DNA of 57,447 nucleotides from Mycobacterium sp. (GCA_023264765.1 JAHFVC010000002.1:1-57447); one strand, 5' to 3'; positions 11,201 through 23,767 are shown, numbered from the stretch's first letter. The notes: generated from the sequence alone by a model not told the origin. Made by a program: numbers and translations.

Positions 11201-13415
11201 CACTGAATACCGCGGTAGTCGCCGCCGGGTTCAGTCCGGCCAGCACCCGTTGAGCCGCGGTGGGGGTGTAGGTGAACGCTCCCGTCGTTTTGTTGAAGGT
11301 GAAGGTGCCACCGGCCGGGCCACTGATCAGCGTGTACGTGAGTTTTTTGCCGGTGGCGTCGGTGACGGTTCCGCTGACCGAGCCGGTGACTGGGTTGGGG
11401 GTGCCGACGACAGGCGCAGGTATGGCGCGGGTAGTGCCCGCGGCCGCCAGCGAGACGACCTGCAGCGTGCCGTTGTCGGCGACGTAGCTGTATTCCCTAC
11501 CGTCGGGGGACATCACACCGACGGGGTGGTACCCGTCGGTGCGCACTCCGGTGGAGACCACCTTGATCGCGCCGCCGTAGTTCCCGCCGCTCGTCAGGTC
11601 GAACGCCACCACGGCGTTGATGTCGGTGTAGACCGCCACGAGCACCGACCCGTCGCCACTGATCGTGATACCGCCCAGGCCACCGCCGAAGTTGGTGAAA
11701 TCACCAGCCACGGCGTTGGTCGTGGTATCGAACGCCACGATCTTCCCGGCACCCGCGTCGTTGACGTACAGGCGCTTTCCGTCTGGGCTGATCGCCGACT
11801 CGACGAAGTTCTCCCCCTGAGCGACCAGGGTTGCGGACTTGGCCGTCGAGGTGAAAGTGAACAAGCCGGTACCCGCGGGCGGACCGCCCGGCGTCGTAGC
11901 CAGCGTGGCAACGACGTAGACCTTCTTGCTGTCGGGGCTGACCACCAGACCGCGCAACGACGTCACGTCGCTGTCCGCGCCGGTCAGCGCCACGGTGCCG
12001 GTGACCTTGTTGGTCGACGTCGAGATCTTGGTGACCGTTGCGCCTGCAGCCCCGCCGGTCAATGCGTACAACGTCTTGCCGTCGGCGCTGACGGTAAGTC
12101 CACCAAGATCGCGATCCTGCAATTGGATATACGAGGTGATCCCGTTGGTCGCGGTGTTCACCACCGTAATCGCGCTCGAACTCGCGGTGGTGACGTAGAG
12201 CTTCTTGCCGTCCGGCGTCAGCGCGGAACCCACGGCCGGACTGTCCAGTGTGATGGTGCCGATGACGGCGCGTTGAACGGTGTCGATGACCGTGATGGTG
12301 TTGTCACCGGAATTCCGCACGTAGGCACGGGTATTGGACACCACTACCCCGGATCCGGCGCTACCGAACTCGACGGTCCCGGCATCGCTGAGTGACAGGG
12401 GCGAGATGGGTACGTCCACGGACTGCTCGACGGTGTTGACCCCGTCGGAGACCCTAACGGTGAGGGTGGCGACCTGCGCTCCGGTGCCCACTGCGGAAAG
12501 GATCCGCTGCACGGCGGTGGGGGTGTAGGTGAAAGCCGCGGATTTGGTGTTGAACACCAGTCCGGGCGGCGCCGAACCGACCACCGCGTAGGTCAACTTC
12601 TTCTTCTCGGGGTCGATTGCGGTGAGCTTGCCCGTCACCACCCCGGTGTCAGGGTTGGGCGATCCCATCGTGGTGGTTACCACGGGGGCCAGGTTCGCCG
12701 CCGCCGCCGTCACCAGAGGCTGTGACGTCAACCTCTGCGCCGCCGGCACCGACTCCGTTCCGGCGTCCGACCCGATCTGGCGCCGAGCCGCAGCCAACAA
12801 GACCCATTCGGCGGGGGACTGCACCGGCACATCCGTGCCCGGTGCCACCAGCGGCGAGGTCAACGTCTCGAGCACCGCCGCCCCGGTGCCGGTGGCGGCC
12901 GAGGCCTTGACTTCGGGGACCGGATCGGGTGCGACCGTCTGGTTGGAGACCGTACTGACGGGGGAAGCCACACTCGGGCTCACGGTGTGGGCCGGCTTCG
13001 GTTCCGGCACTGACGGCGTCTCGTCGGTGGCGGGCTTGGAGGCCTTTGGTGTCGAGCTGGTATTCGCTGCTGATGCGGTGGACGCCTCCTTCCGGGTGGT
13101 CTTGCGTTTCGGCACATGGATCGTGGATCTCGTGGTCTTACTCGGACGCGAGGGCGACGACGAGGTCGATACTCCAGGCTCAGCGGCGGCAGCGTCTGAC
13201 GCGGCCGGTGTCGTCGATGTGGGATCGCTTGCCCTGTCCGCTGTCGACGGAGCCTCTGCGCCGGCAGAGGAGCTCGAGCCCCCCGATGTCGTCGATGACG
13301 TCGAGGAGTCAGTGTCGGTCGGTTGCGCCCACGCTGGAACTGCGGCGACTGCGGATCCGATTCCGAGCGCTACTGCCAACGCTCCGACGCGGCCCACGTA
13401 CCTAGCTGATCCCAT
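2274..13415 (-). CDS. Giant secreted/surface protein (~3713 aa): signal peptide, Ig-like (Big_9/VCBS-type) repeats, YVTN beta-propellers, PGRS-like Gly-rich region, C-terminal alpha/beta hydrolase
   Basis: Uninterrupted ORF. ATG at 13415 follows RBS AAAGGAG. Signal peptide [20 protein letters not shown]...PAWA. Six YTP(T/S) Ig-type repeats, SPDGKxxYV blades, GGxGGxGG repeats, and GYSQGG at 2685-2702. Confidence 0.88.
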   Translation of the reverse strand: MGSARYVGRVGALAVALGIGSAVAAVPAWAQPTDTDSSTSSTTSGGSSSSAGAEAPSTADRASDPTSTTPAASDAAAAEPGVSTSSSPSRPSKTTRSTIHVPKRKTTRKEASTASAANTSSTPKASKPATDETPSVPEPKPAHTVSPSVASPVSTVSNQTVAPDPVPEVKASAATGTGAAVLETLTSPLVAPGTDVPVQSPAEWVLLAAARRQIGSDAGTESVPAAQRLTSQPLVTAAAANLAPVVTTTMGSPNPDTGVVTGKLTAIDPEKKKLTYAVVGSAPPGLVFNTKSAAFTYTPTAVQRILSAVGTGAQVATLTVRVSDGVNTVEQSVDVPISPLSLSDAGTVEFGSAGSGVVVSNTRAYVRNSGDNTITVIDTVQRAVIGTITLDSPAVGSALTPDGKKLYVTTASSSAITVVNTATNGITSYIQLQDRDLGGLTVSADGKTLYALTGGAAGATVTKISTSTNKVTGTVALTGADSDVTSLRGLVVSPDSKKVYVVATLATTPGGPPAGTGLFTFTSTAKSATLVAQGENFVESAISPDGKRLYVNDAGAGKIVAFDTTTNAVAGDFTNFGGGLGGITISGDGSVLVAVYTDINAVVAFDLTSGGNYGGAIKVVSTGVRTDGYHPVGVMSPDGREYSYVADNGTLQVVSLAAAGTTRAIPAPVVGTPNPVTGSVSGTVTDATGKKLTYTLISGPAGGTFTFNKTTGAFTYTPTAAQRVLAGLNPAATTAVFSVTVSDGKTTAPVQVTVPISAVSVSATGVIPTGTGGGFDVAVTNTRAYVTNWSDGTISVIDTIRGVLLDPITIGGKPTGIAASPDGAKLYVANFTGHSVVVVDTVTGAITKTIALDDKTPTALVLSPDGKTIYVGTAYLDSNGQPAKDAKGNYVAGTVTKISTSSLKASGTVSNVGTLPLSIMVSPDGKKIYVASPQVDPVTGETLTGHVFAFASSSSKATQINGVGSLPLAIAVSSDGTRLYVSGSDATIYSVETAKYTVVGFTTLDQTPSALTVNKDGTLLLVSGNEGISVVDAKTLATYAGFDSSAGVLGGFAISPDGQQAYTLTADGLQFIALAPLNQFPIVVSQTVNAPTSAGVVTGSVTVHDNDGDKLSITATKPANGTVVLNADGTFTYTPTAAARHNAAASGATSDAFTVTIDDGRRGIIYRSITVDILPSNVDPTEKHTVGKPNSTTGVVTGSVTATDKDKDTLTYTVSAATLGAVTITTKGAYTYTPTPAARHDAAGGAASDSFTVTVDDGHGGVLDVPITVTISPKNTKPTVTAVVAQPDTNSGTVVVTLKAADIDGDTVIFGNGSTTKGNYTVTGNVLTYTPTQTARDNAAKAGASAATKADTLTVTYTDSHGGTGTISVKVAVSPTPTNHAPVVNATVGNPDSSTGTVSGHVDATDVDGDPLTFTITQMPSRADSFTFDPATRQFTYTPSVAARQAAAAGGPTTDGFTVTVSDSKGGTTVRAVSLTISPTVANPDDHSIDLGDKLPTTIAVSSDGKRIYAGSGFGDAPAVFVIDAKTNATITTIAIGPDSPYNGVIGVAVSPDGTRVYATSYFNGTQVQPTVHVIDTATNTELAAIAIGAAYQPNSAQSDYPVGLSYLAVSPDGKRVYATTTVDSGTHTQTAIKVISTTTNTVIGTIPVGNADQEVITAIAVSSDSLHIFASAYLATDGTDGNANVRGAVYVIDATTNAVVATVDIDSPDQQEVLTGIAVSQDGNHVYASAYVAESNSQVKGAVYVIDGHTYVVTKKLSTAELPTGLVVSADGQHLFVSAVNLPGDDVYTVGDTLLDAINDSAAIGVVHVINTATNTISKSIAVDTFQTPGPLSNIGVSADGSRIYVNGLALDGGDAHGVVTVIDAATGTVFADHTFAAASGQGTINDALSSRIDDYDGVGASVGHAGVLIANGTAGHANAGLLFGDGFSYTAASCSAAAACNGGGSALIGDGGDGFNGGRGGDAELIGDGGDGGAGLAGQAGGAGGHGGQLRGDGGAGGIGGVGLSGQAGGSGGRGGDAGAIGDGGAGGAGGTGGLGVAGATATVSGGAGGTGGTGGAGGVGGQGGLGGSVSGNGGAGGLGGRGGSGGVGGTGAAGATGIAGTSNGAGGTGGSGGNGGTGGSGGAGGNAGGVAAGGSGHLGVNGAGGAGGKGGTAGSAGNGGAGTAGVWGKTGSGGRDGAGGDGGFSGVAGTAGAGGGGGRAGTGGTGGVAGVAGASGALSTGDVRGGDGGAGAAGNSSHPTGGSGGTGGDAVSTGPGSAYGGAGGSAGTSGGVGGSGGAAYTLGTGNAVGGAGAAGATNTAGVGGAGGSGGAAQIGGTAYIPGRGTLNVGVVTSTGKATAGAGGRGGDGTTGGGDGGNGGTANTYGLGQLTAGTGGTGGNATTNTTNAYGGRGGDGGAANINNTTSTQTATGGTGGNGGNGSSTITSSAYSGGGGGTGGSATNYGSGNAVGALGGVGGTGAAGGYGGSGGNAINYGTGNATGAYGRDGTAASNTGSRYGYGGAGGSGGYARIENNASTATATGGAGGAGATGAYGGSGGYGGYASTTGTGQVNAGTGGDGGDGLTFAGGRGGNGGYAQINNAINTNTARGARGGDGGDGTTGGYDPNYGTATSGGGNGGTGGAAYIDNTTATADAIGGTGGTGGTTTVGTRTGYGSGTGGTGGDASNRGSGTATGGTAGVAGVGGVSGFGGTGGGGGDAFNSGTGNATAANGAAGGTNTAGGYGGSGGTGGNAYIGYYQQTNGGTYGNYTNTTSTGKATAGAGGRGGDGTTGGGDGGNGGTANTYGLGQLTAGTGGTGGNATTNTTNAYGGRGGDGGAANINNTTSTQTATGGTGGNGGNGANGGDGGAGGSSANSGLGNLAAGTGGNGGSASTGTGGTGGTGGNTTINNVNSTVDAVGGRGGMGGSGTNGGAGGAGGNANNYGKGAAYAGSGGAGTSGTLRGGGGGNGGSAFTASGIAIAGNGGTGGSGVYGGAGGRGGDVKTQGTTNPTAGRGGTGGYGSTSGGAGGRGGDTRIDNANSTVTAIGGTGGDGGASGGQTSSSVNYYGGVDGGRGGDAYILNAGSHANAVGGTGGIGTVDSRSGSGDGGSGGNAYNYGSGNATGGNGQNGAAGNGQHGGDGGSGGNAYAYGTGGAVGGTGGRGGSDTQGGYGGSGGDGGNATIQNNSSSTASAIGGQGGDGATGSTLAGNGGSGGDASTAGKGSVVGGTGGNGANTTSGLGGTGGNGGDVAIVNSASTVSATGGAGGRGGSGITGGSGGYGGSASTSGSGNVVGGAGGSGADGNGSNTSAGTGGAGGYARNDGTGSATGGAGGAGGNTTGIGSHGGSGGAGGWASTSDSNGPSTASATGGRGGAGGRGYYGGDGGHGGDATTLGRKNAAGGAGGDGGLPYDTPAANASAQTKADYLMRQGVGGFGGNAKANGTGTATTGSNGSPSPTALSRLYDHLRDVTDADSDGIVIERVVGTDSVTRLFVYFGGTTSSWVDGNQPILTNLIGINGTPKPWQVAAIDTALGIDDEIPQIDASGASQWYLEGAASSPAGLAAANAWLIQRKAATLLNGVDADTPIILIGYSQGGMDAQNVAAAANSLGYNVTTLITFASPIVQNPIPGVHTVHVIDPADPVPPMAAFNIVNDFTGVVNNNFNAGLVYVGSGGVVLESPFQVPPGVGSNTYAINVHTDRATYILIGSQFDASTDSAWTAVKNDLRQAGGGA
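4887..5153. repeat. 267-bp exact direct repeat, copy A (in-frame, 89 codons) in the Gly-rich region
   Basis: Identical line by line to 6147-6413 (offset 1260 bp). Confidence 0.92.
6147..6413. repeat. 267-bp exact direct repeat, copy B
   Basis: Identical to 4887-5153. Confidence 0.92.
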
Positions 13416-13720
13416 TGCTGCACTCCTTTGCTGGACGCAAAGAAGCATGCTGAGTCCCGAGGGAACAACACGCACGCAGCCGGCGCCCAACTTCACAGTC
13501 ATCGTCCACAAGTAGGTGGCACCGGCTGCGAATGGCTTGGGTATCACCTGGTAACGCGCCGAACATTAGCAGAGAAAGTATGTGCGTATGGGCCCAAATC
13601 CGACGTCAATTTTGATTGCTGAACTCACATCACCTTGCGGTTTTTCGGGCAATACGCCGTTCGGGGGACAAATTCGGCTCGGAAGTATCTGTCAGGCGGG
13701 CCGAAGCTCTCTCCTCGCGC

Positions 13721-13783
13721 CCCGCGAGCGTCCGCAAAATGCCACCAGATGCGGCGTGTTGCTGTGCAAACACGGCCGCTCGC
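13721..13783. repeat. REP-like palindromic intergenic repeat, copy 2 (inverted relative to copy 1)
   Basis: CCCGCGAGCGTCCGCAAAATGCCAC...GTGCAAACACGGCCGCTCGC is the reverse complement of copy 1 with a few mismatches. Confidence 0.8.
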
Positions 13784-13799
13784 CAAAGGAAAAGGACCC

Positions 13800-16360
<2,561 letters not shown>

Positions 16361-16391
16361 GGCGGCAGCGTATGCGGTACCGATGGTTCTA

Positions 16392-16405
16392 TGCAACAAG
16401 TTGCA
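16392..16405. promoter_or_regulatory. Inverted repeat, probable PadR operator
   Basis: TGCAAC-AA-GTTGCA about 30 bp upstream of the padR start. Confidence 0.6.
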
Positions 16406-16606
16406 CTGACGTGACACTCGGGCCGCGTGGTGTCTAGTCGGGTGTATCTGCAACGGCTAGTATCAGTAACCACCGCGAGCCGGCGGCAAGTTAGGACACA
16501 CTTAGAGGCGCGCGCAGGTTGCGGCATCGCATACTTGCCGCAGACTCGAAGAGTCCCAACAGACAAATCCCGACCAGCAGCCCACTGGACGACAGGAGAG
16601 ACATCA

Positions 16607-16927
16607 GTGACGTACACCATTGCCGAACCCTGCGTTGACGTCAAAGACAAGGCGTGCATCGAAGAATGCCCTGTCGACTGCATCTACGAGGGCGCACGCA
16701 TGCTGTACATCCACCCCGATGAGTGCGTCGACTGTGGCGCCTGCGAACCGGTCTGCCCGGTCGAGGCGATCTACTACGAAGACGACGTTCCGGATCAGTG
16801 GAGTAGCTACACACAGAGCAATGCGGACTTCTTCTCCGAACTCGGTTCGCCCGGCGGCGCGTCGAAGGTCGGCCAGACCGACAACGACCCGCAGGCCGTC
16901 AAGGATCTCGAGCCCAAGGGCGAGTGA
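16607..16927 (+). CDS. fdxC: 7Fe ferredoxin
   Basis: [29 protein letters not shown]...[25 protein letters not shown]. Position matches Rv1177. Confidence 0.93.
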   Translation: MTYTIAEPCVDVKDKACIEECPVDCIYEGARMLYIHPDECVDCGACEPVCPVEAIYYEDDVPDQWSSYTQSNADFFSELGSPGGASKVGQTDNDPQAVKDLEPKGE

Positions 16928-18030
16928 GCACGGTCCGCACCCCGAAGTCCGCGGCGCTGCCGGTATTCCCATGGGACACCTTGTCGGAGGCCGCGGCGAC
17001 CGCCCGCGCACACCCTGACGGCATCGTCGACCTCTCGGTCGGCACCCCCGTCGACGACGTCGCACCGGTGATCCGGGATGCGTTGGCCGCTGCCAGCGCG
17101 TCACCCGGCTACCCCGCCACCGCGGGTACCGCTGCGGTGCGGGCCTCCGCTCGCGAGGCTCTGCTGCGCCGCTACGGCATCACGGGGCTGGCTGAATCGG
17201 CCGTGCTGCCGGTGATCGGCACCAAGGAGCTGATCGCCTGGCTGCCGACGCTGCTGGGGCTCGGCGCCGCCGACACGGTGGTGATCCCCGAGTTGGCGTA
17301 TCCCACCTACGACGTCGGCGCGCGGCTGGCAGGTGCCCAGGTGCTGGCCGCCGATTCGCTGACGCAGCTGGGACCGCTGAACCCCGCCCTGGTGTACCTG
17401 AACTCACCGAGCAACCCCACCGGGCGGGTGCTCGGCGTCGACCACTTGCGCAAGGTGGTCGGCTGGGCGCGCGAGCGCGGCGCGATCGTCGCCTCCGACG
17501 AGTGCTACCTCGGGCTGGCCTGGGAGGCCGAACCGCTGTCCGTGTTGCATCCCTCGGTGTCCGATGGTGACCACACTGGTCTGCTGGCGGTGCATTCGTT
17601 GTCGAAGACGTCGTCACTGGCGGGTTATCGCGCGGGATTCGTCGCGGGCGATCCGGCCCTGGTGGCCGAACTGCTCGAGGTCCGCAAACATGCCGGGATG
17701 ATCGTCCCGACGCCGGTGCAGGCGGCCATGGTCGCAGCGCTGGACGACGACGCGCACGAGGCCGAGCAGCGCGAGCGCTACGCCCGTCGCCGCGAGGTGT
17801 TGTCGGCTGCTGTCCGTAAGGCGGGTTTCACCATCGACCACTCCGAGGCCGGCCTGTACCTCTGGGCGACCCGAGGGGAACCGTGCCGGGCCACCGTCGC
17901 CTGGCTGGCCGAACTCGGCATCCTGGCCGCACCCGGCGAGTTCTACGGCCCCGCCGGCGCGCAGCACGTTCGAATCGCGCTGACCGCCACGGATGAACGT
18001 ATAGACGCAGCGGTGCAGCGATTGAGCTGA
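16924..18030 (+). CDS. dapC: N-succinyldiaminopimelate aminotransferase
   Basis: PLP class I/II motifs [13 protein letters not shown] and [14 protein letters not shown]. Translationally coupled to fdxC. Confidence 0.9.
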   Translation: MSTVRTPKSAALPVFPWDTLSEAAATARAHPDGIVDLSVGTPVDDVAPVIRDALAAASASPGYPATAGTAAVRASAREALLRRYGITGLAESAVLPVIGTKELIAWLPTLLGLGAADTVVIPELAYPTYDVGARLAGAQVLAADSLTQLGPLNPALVYLNSPSNPTGRVLGVDHLRKVVGWARERGAIVASDECYLGLAWEAEPLSVLHPSVSDGDHTGLLAVHSLSKTSSLAGYRAGFVAGDPALVAELLEVRKHAGMIVPTPVQAAMVAALDDDAHEAEQRERYARRREVLSAAVRKAGFTIDHSEAGLYLWATRGEPCRATVAWLAELGILAAPGEFYGPAGAQHVRIALTATDERIDAAVQRLS

Positions 18031-18034
18031 CGGC

Positions 18035-18961
18035 TCAGCTCACGTCGAGGTGCTCGGGCACCACCGAAGACAATGCCTTGCGACAGGCCACGATTGCCGG
18101 GGTGCTGCTGATGGCGGCCCTCGTCGCGGTGAAGACAGAACGGCGTCGCGAATCCACGTCTACGACCCGCACGCGCGGCCGGCGGCGCACCCGCATGAGG
18201 TCCGGCAGGATCGCCACCGCGTTCCCGTTCTCGATCAATGCGATCTGGGCTTCGAGATCGTCGGTCTCGAATCGGATGTCGGGTTCGAATCCGGCTTGCC
18301 TGCACAGCTGTTCGGCCCAGTGCCGCGAGGCGGTGCCGACCGGTTCCATGGTCCACGGGAGGCCGGCGGCATCCTTCACCGACGTGATGTGACGCCAGGG
18401 GTCGCCGGTGGGCGGCACGGCGAGGCGGAGCAGGTCGGTGGTCAGCGGCTCGCGATGCAGATCGGGATACGCGCGGGCGGCGTGTCCCGGATACTCCTCG
18501 GCGATCACCAGGTCGAATTCGCGCATCCACGTCTCGTAGAGCGCTTGTTCCGGTTCGCGCTGCGACATCGTGACCCGTAGCCGGGGATGCCGCGTCGCCA
18601 GCTCGGTGAGCATCTGCGGCATGAAGGCCGACGCGGCCGACTGAAAAACGGCCAGGCGGACGGTGCCCGAGGCCTGGTCGCTCTGCACCGCGACGTCGGA
18701 GGCAGCCAGCTCGAGCCGCGCCAGGATGGCGGCGGTGTGTTCGACGAGCACCTCGGCGGCAGGGGTGAGTCGCAGGCGTCGGCCGACCTTCTCCAGAAGG
18801 GGTACCCCGACTTCTCGCTCTAGCTGGTTGAGCGCCTGGGACACCGACGACGGGCTCTGATGCAGGGCGTCGGCGACGTCGGACAGCGTCCCGCGCAGGC
18901 TCAGCTCGTAGAGCAGGCGCAGACGACGGGTGTCCAGGAGATCCGGCCGCTGATGTTTCAT
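18035..18961 (-). CDS. LysR family regulator, divergent from putA
   Basis: N-terminal HTH (SPSSVSQALNQLEREVGVPLLEKVGRRLRLT) followed by a substrate-binding domain. Confidence 0.92.
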   Translation of the reverse strand: MKHQRPDLLDTRRLRLLYELSLRGTLSDVADALHQSPSSVSQALNQLEREVGVPLLEKVGRRLRLTPAAEVLVEHTAAILARLELAASDVAVQSDQASGTVRLAVFQSAASAFMPQMLTELATRHPRLRVTMSQREPEQALYETWMREFDLVIAEEYPGHAARAYPDLHREPLTTDLLRLAVPPTGDPWRHITSVKDAAGLPWTMEPVGTASRHWAEQLCRQAGFEPDIRFETDDLEAQIALIENGNAVAILPDLMRVRRRPRVRVVDVDSRRRSVFTATRAAISSTPAIVACRKALSSVVPEHLDVS

Positions 18962-19030
18962 ATCTACTTAAGTTTTTATATCAGAAAACATCACTTTATT
19001 TTAAGGGTCTGCGGCACTCATCATGGGTAG

Positions 19031-22000
19031 ATGACCCAGGTGAGCAGCGAGAAGAATCTCCTGACGGATGTGGTGGCTCTGGTCCGGACCTGGCTCGACG
19101 AGGCCGCAGGGCAACCGGTCGCACCCGCGGCGCGACGGCTGGCCGACGTGTTGCGCGACCCGAGGGGGTTGGACTTCACCGTCGGATTCGTCGACCGTGT
19201 GATCCGGCCCGAGGACGACCGCGTCGCGGCGGCCAACTTGCGCGATCTCGCCCGCAACGCTCCCGGCTTCCTACCTTGGCACCTGCGCCTGCTGGTCAAA
19301 CTGGGTGCCCTGGTCTCGGTGATCGCGCCGGGCCTCGTCATCCCGATCGCGCAGCGGGCGCTGCGCCGGATGGTCGGCCATCTCCTCGTCGACGCGAGCG
19401 ACGCGCGGCTGGGCCGTGCCATTGCCCGCATCCGGGACCGCGGCGTCGGACTGAACATCAACCTGCTCGGCGAGGCCGTCATGGGTCGGCGCGAGGCGGC
19501 CCGCCGGCTGACCGGCACCGAGCGGTTGGTCGCACGCCCGGATGTCGACTACGTATCGATCAAGGTGTCGGCCACCGTACCGCCCCATTCGCCATGGGCG
19601 TTCGAGGAGGCGGTCGACCATATCGAGCAGAATCTGTTGCCGCTGTTCAGTTTTGCGGCGAGCTCACCGGCCAGGAAGTTCATCAACCTGGACATGGAGG
19701 AGTACCGCGATCTGGACTTGACCATCGCGGTGTTCACCCGGCTGCTCGACCGGCCCGAACTGCTCGGCCTCGAAGCCGGCATCGTGTTGCAGGCCTACCT
19801 GCCGGATGCGCTGAATGCGATGATGCGCCTTCAGGATTGGGCGCGGACGCGTCGCGAACGCGGCGGCGCCGGGATCAAAGTCCGGCTGGTCAAGGGTGCC
19901 AACCTGCCGATGGAGCAGGTGGAAGCGTCGCTGCACGACTGGCCATTGGCGACGTGGCCGACCAAGCAGGACACCGACACCAACTACAAACGGGTGCTCA
20001 ACTACGCGCTGCGGCCCGAACACACGGCGAACGTGCGACTCGGGGTCGCCGGTCACAACCTGTTCGACATCGCCTACGCGTGGACGCTCGCAGGACATCG
20101 CGGAGTCCGCGATCGCGTCGAGTTCGAGATGCTCCTGGGCATGGCGGAAGCGCAGGCCGAGGTGGTGCGGCGCACGGTGGGCGGCCTGCTGCTGTACGTG
20201 CCGGTGGTGCACCCGAAGGACTTCGACGTGGCGATTGCCTATCTGGTCCGACGCCTGGAAGAGGGTGCCAGTAAGCAGAACTTCATGTCGGCGGTCTTCG
20301 AGTTGCACAGCGACAGTGCGCTGTTCGAGCGCGAACGGGACCGGTTTCTCGCATCTGTGGTGGACCTCGACGACTCCGTGCCCGCGCCGAACCGCCGCCA
20401 GGACCGACGTGTCGACGATCCGGGTGGTGCGATGTGTTCGGCCGGAACGTTCGCCAACGTGGCCGACACCGACCCGTCGTTGTCCGGGAATCGACGGTGG
20501 GGCAGGGCGATCACCGAACGAATTGCGCAGTCCACGGCGGGATGTTCTCTCGTCGCCGAATACACCGTCCACGACGCAACATCGCTGGAGCACGTGATCG
20601 CCTGTGGTGTCGCGGCGGGCGCCGCGTGGTCGGGGCTCTCCGGCGCCCAGCGGGCCGGCATCCTGAGACGCGCCGCCGGGACACTGGCATCCGCCCGCGC
20701 CGTCCTGCTGGAGGTGATGGCCGCCGAATGCGGGAAGACCCTCGACCAAGGTGACCCCGAAGTCTCCGAGGCGATCGACTTCGCGAACTACTACGCGACG
20801 CTGGCCGAAAACCTGGATGCCGTCGACGGTGCCGTCGCCGTCCCGGCGGGACTGACGGTGGTCACCCCGCCGTGGAACTTCCCGGTCGCGATTCCGGCCG
20901 GTTCGGTCCTGGCCGCGCTGGCCGCGGGCAATCCGGTCATCATCAAACCGGCCACCCAGGCCCGCCGGTGCGGATCGGTGATGGTGCAGGCGCTCTGGGA
21001 TGCCGGCGTGCCGCGCGATGTCCTGCAACTGGTGCACCTCGACGAGCGTGACCTCGGTTCGCAACTGGTCTCCGATGACCGTGTCGGGCGACTGATTCTC
21101 ACCGGGGCGTTCGAGACGGCCGAACTGTTCCGCGGCTTGCGGCCCGACCTGCCGCTGCTGGCGGAGACCAGCGGGAAGAACGCCATCGTGATCACGCCAC
21201 ACGCGGATATCGACCTGGCGGTGAAAGACCTGGTGTATTCGGCCTTCGGGCATGCCGGCCAGAAATGTTCGGCGGCTTCATTGGGCATCCTCGTCGGTTC
21301 GGTCGCCCGGTCCGCGCGGTTCCGGGATCAACTCGTCGACGCCGTCACTTCTATGAACGTCGGCTATCCGACGGACCCGACGGTACAGATGGGGCCGATC
21401 GTCGAGCCCGCTGCCGGAAAGCTGCTGCGCGCCCTGACACAGCTGGCGCCGGGGGAGGCCTGGCTGGTGGAGCCCCGCCGGCTCGACGACACCGGTCGGC
21501 TGTGGTCGCCCGGTGTGAAGACCGGCGTCCGGCGCGGCTCGGAGTTCCACCTCACCGAGTATTTCGGTCCGGTGCTCGGACTCATCGCGGCCGACGACCT
21601 GGACCAGGCAATCGAGATCCAGAATCAGGTCGACTACGGACTGACCGCCGGACTGCACAGTCTGGACCGCGACGAGATCGAACGCTGGGTCGCCCGCGTC
21701 GAGGCTGGAAATGCCTACGTGAACCGGACTACCGTCGGGGCGATCGTGCGGCGCCAACCCTTCGGCGGCTGGAAGAAATCCGCGGTCGGGGCCGGGGGTA
21801 AGGCGGGCGGCCCGAACTACCTCGTGGGGCTCAGCGACTGGCGGCCCTCGACGGCGACCAGGGGTGCCCGGATTGCTCCTGATGTCCGTCGATTGGTCGA
21901 TGCTGCAACGCATTTCGGCCTGGCCGGCGAGGAGGTCGCCTTCCTCGATCGGTCGTTCGCCTCGGATGCGCTGGCCTGGGCGGAGGAATTCGGTGTCGCC

Positions 22001-22462
22001 CGCGACGTGTGCGGTTTGATGGCGGAGAAGAACGTGTTCCGGTATCTGCCGCTGCCCGTCACGGTGCGTTCCGAGGACGGCGACACCGCGGCCTTGCTGC
22101 GAATAGTGGGGGCAGGCGTTCTCGCCGGTGGGCCGGTGACCATATCCAGCCCGGAGCCGTTGGACCCCGCGATCGTCGACGCGCTGCGGGCGGCACACGT
22201 GACATATCTGGTCCAGGATCCGACGGCGTGGCAAAAAGTCTTGCGCGGCAACGCTCCTGCTCGGGTCCGCCTGCTCGGCGGTAGCCGGGCGGGGTTCGCC
22301 CACGCGAGCAACGGCCGGGCGGACATCGCCCTGTACGCGCAACCCGTTGTCGAAGCGGGCCGGGTGGAGCTGCTGACCTTCCTGCGGGAGCAGGCGGTCG
22401 CGGTGACCGCGCATCGGTTCGGGTCGCCGACCCCGCTGGCCGAGGGCCTGTTTCAGGGCTAG
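19031..22462 (+). CDS. putA: Bifunctional proline dehydrogenase / P5C dehydrogenase
   Basis: PRODH motifs NLDMEEY, VRLVKGAN and YLVRRLEE. ALDH motifs PWNFP, AETSGKN, AGQKCSA, EYFGP and QPFGGWKKS. Confidence 0.93.
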   Translation: MTQVSSEKNLLTDVVALVRTWLDEAAGQPVAPAARRLADVLRDPRGLDFTVGFVDRVIRPEDDRVAAANLRDLARNAPGFLPWHLRLLVKLGALVSVIAPGLVIPIAQRALRRMVGHLLVDASDARLGRAIARIRDRGVGLNINLLGEAVMGRREAARRLTGTERLVARPDVDYVSIKVSATVPPHSPWAFEEAVDHIEQNLLPLFSFAASSPARKFINLDMEEYRDLDLTIAVFTRLLDRPELLGLEAGIVLQAYLPDALNAMMRLQDWARTRRERGGAGIKVRLVKGANLPMEQVEASLHDWPLATWPTKQDTDTNYKRVLNYALRPEHTANVRLGVAGHNLFDIAYAWTLAGHRGVRDRVEFEMLLGMAEAQAEVVRRTVGGLLLYVPVVHPKDFDVAIAYLVRRLEEGASKQNFMSAVFELHSDSALFERERDRFLASVVDLDDSVPAPNRRQDRRVDDPGGAMCSAGTFANVADTDPSLSGNRRWGRAITERIAQSTAGCSLVAEYTVHDATSLEHVIACGVAAGAAWSGLSGAQRAGILRRAAGTLASARAVLLEVMAAECGKTLDQGDPEVSEAIDFANYYATLAENLDAVDGAVAVPAGLTVVTPPWNFPVAIPAGSVLAALAAGNPVIIKPATQARRCGSVMVQALWDAGVPRDVLQLVHLDERDLGSQLVSDDRVGRLILTGAFETAELFRGLRPDLPLLAETSGKNAIVITPHADIDLAVKDLVYSAFGHAGQKCSAASLGILVGSVARSARFRDQLVDAVTSMNVGYPTDPTVQMGPIVEPAAGKLLRALTQLAPGEAWLVEPRRLDDTGRLWSPGVKTGVRRGSEFHLTEYFGPVLGLIAADDLDQAIEIQNQVDYGLTAGLHSLDRDEIERWVARVEAGNAYVNRTTVGAIVRRQPFGGWKKSAVGAGGKAGGPNYLVGLSDWRPSTATRGARIAPDVRRLVDAATHFGLAGEEVAFLDRSFASDALAWAEEFGVARDVCGLMAEKNVFRYLPLPVTVRSEDGDTAALLRIVGAGVLAGGPVTISSPEPLDPAIVDALRAAHVTYLVQDPTAWQKVLRGNAPARVRLLGGSRAGFAHASNGRADIALYAQPVVEAGRVELLTFLREQAVAVTAHRFGSPTPLAEGLFQG

Positions 22463-22953
22463 GGGGCAGGGAACGCGGCCACCGGCATCAGGACATTGCC
22501 GCGGCAGGCGTCGCTGAGGATGTCGGTGTACCAACTGCCGCGCAAGGAACCGTCGGGTTGCGGCGCGTAGGTCACCCAAGACGTGGCCGGGCTGTACACC
22601 CGTGGGTACTCCTCGCCGCGGAAGCACTCCCACTGCCAGTCGTAGCTGAACGACCACTTGGCGCCGTCCCAGGTGTAGCGCTGGGGTTGTGGGATGGTCG
22701 GATTCGACGGGGCCGGCCCGTCGATGACTGTCGCCACGCAGCTGCTGCCGCAGGCCGTAGAGAAGGTGTAGACGGCACCGAAGTCCGGTTCGGCCTGTCG
22801 CGCCGCGATGCTGGTGCCGTTCTTCTGCGAGGCGTAGCTGATCACCTGGTAGCGGCCATTGAGTGGTTGGCCTGCGGCAGCCGCCTGCGGCGTGACACCC
22901 AGACAGGCAACCAGGGCGAGCGGTACCGCGACGCACACGCGACGGACAAGCAT
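22459..22953 (-). CDS. Secreted Rv2253/PknI-sensor-like protein
   Basis: Signal peptide, LNGRY, four conserved-looking Cys and aromatic beta-rich motifs (YTWDG, GSWYTDI). Confidence 0.65.
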   Translation of the reverse strand: MLVRRVCVAVPLALVACLGVTPQAAAAGQPLNGRYQVISYASQKNGTSIAARQAEPDFGAVYTFSTACGSSCVATVIDGPAPSNPTIPQPQRYTWDGAKWSFSYDWQWECFRGEEYPRVYSPATSWVTYAPQPDGSLRGSWYTDILSDACRGNVLMPVAAFPAP

Positions 22954-23149
22954 CTCTCTTCCTACTTCTCTAAAGCTTCGACGAGCCCACGGTAGGGGCG
23001 AGCACCGACAACCCAGCGACCCCACAGCACGCCGGCGTCAATTAGTGATCACATCGTGACGCGACGGTATCTGGGTCATCTATCAGCGAGATGGAAATGA
23101 TGACAAACGTTCGTTGGACGAGATGGTCTTTGGCTGCTCGAATGGAGCT

Positions 23150-23767
23150 ATGACGACGCTAACCCGATCGACGGCCCTGTCGGGCTGGAAGGTGACCTGG
23201 CTACTGGTTGCCGCTGTGGCGATCATCTCGACCGTCGCGGCCTCGTGGGTGGGCGGTGCCGCCGGCGCCAATCTCGGCATCCGCATCACCGCACGCACCT
23301 CGGCGATCCTGTTCCTGCTGGCCTTCACCGCGTCGTCGCTCTATCAGTTGTGGCCTACGACCACCACCCGATGGATTCGCCGGAACAGGCGTTACCTCGG
23401 CGTCGCCTTCGCCGGATCCCATGTGGTGCATGCCTTTTTCATCGTCGCCACCATCGTGCTCAACAAGCCGCGGTTCGACACCGGCGTCGAACACACGCCG
23501 CACGGGGTCTATGTCATCGACTTCATCGCGTACGGCTTTGTCATTGCGATGACGATCACGTCGTTCGACCGGATCGCCCACCGCATGCGCTACGAGGTCT
23601 GGCACCGCCTGCACCTGACCGGAAGCTATGTCATCTGGTTCGCGTTCTTCATCGCCTACTGGCGCCGCGGCGTGACCTATACGGAGTTCTACGGACCGTT
23701 CCTGCTCATCGTGCTGGCCGCGCTGGTCGTCCGATTCGTCGCGAAAGCGAAGCGCCCCGTGAGGTGA
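23150..23767 (+). CDS. Ferric-reductase-like (MsrQ-type) heme membrane protein
   Basis: About six TM segments. RRYLG..SHVVH and WHRLH..Y histidine motifs. RBS GGAG. Confidence 0.7.
   Translation: MTTLTRSTALSGWKVTWLLVAAVAIISTVAASWVGGAAGANLGIRITARTSAILFLLAFTASSLYQLWPTTTTRWIRRNRRYLGVAFAGSHVVHAFFIVATIVLNKPRFDTGVEHTPHGVYVIDFIAYGFVIAMTITSFDRIAHRMRYEVWHRLHLTGSYVIWFAFFIAYWRRGVTYTEFYGPFLLIVLAALVVRFVAKAKRPVR

Noticed and set aside
10398-12395. 665-aa antisense ORF (similarly 41295-43292, 19664-21253, 21278-22936, 50397-51929, 55284-57014)
   Set aside because: These are shadow ORFs opposite well-supported genes, expected in high-GC DNA, with no motifs.
13416-13547. 44-aa N-terminal extension of the giant ORF in the ORF track
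   Set aside because: The strong RBS and signal peptide place the start at 13415.
1023-13783. Composite transposon interpretation of the inverted repeat pair
   Set aside because: No transposase, integrase or target-site duplication was found, so it is kept only as a REP-like observation.
23245-23763. N-terminal extension of the hydrolase-LuxR ORF
   Set aside because: It overlaps the MsrQ-like gene out of frame and has non-protein-like composition.
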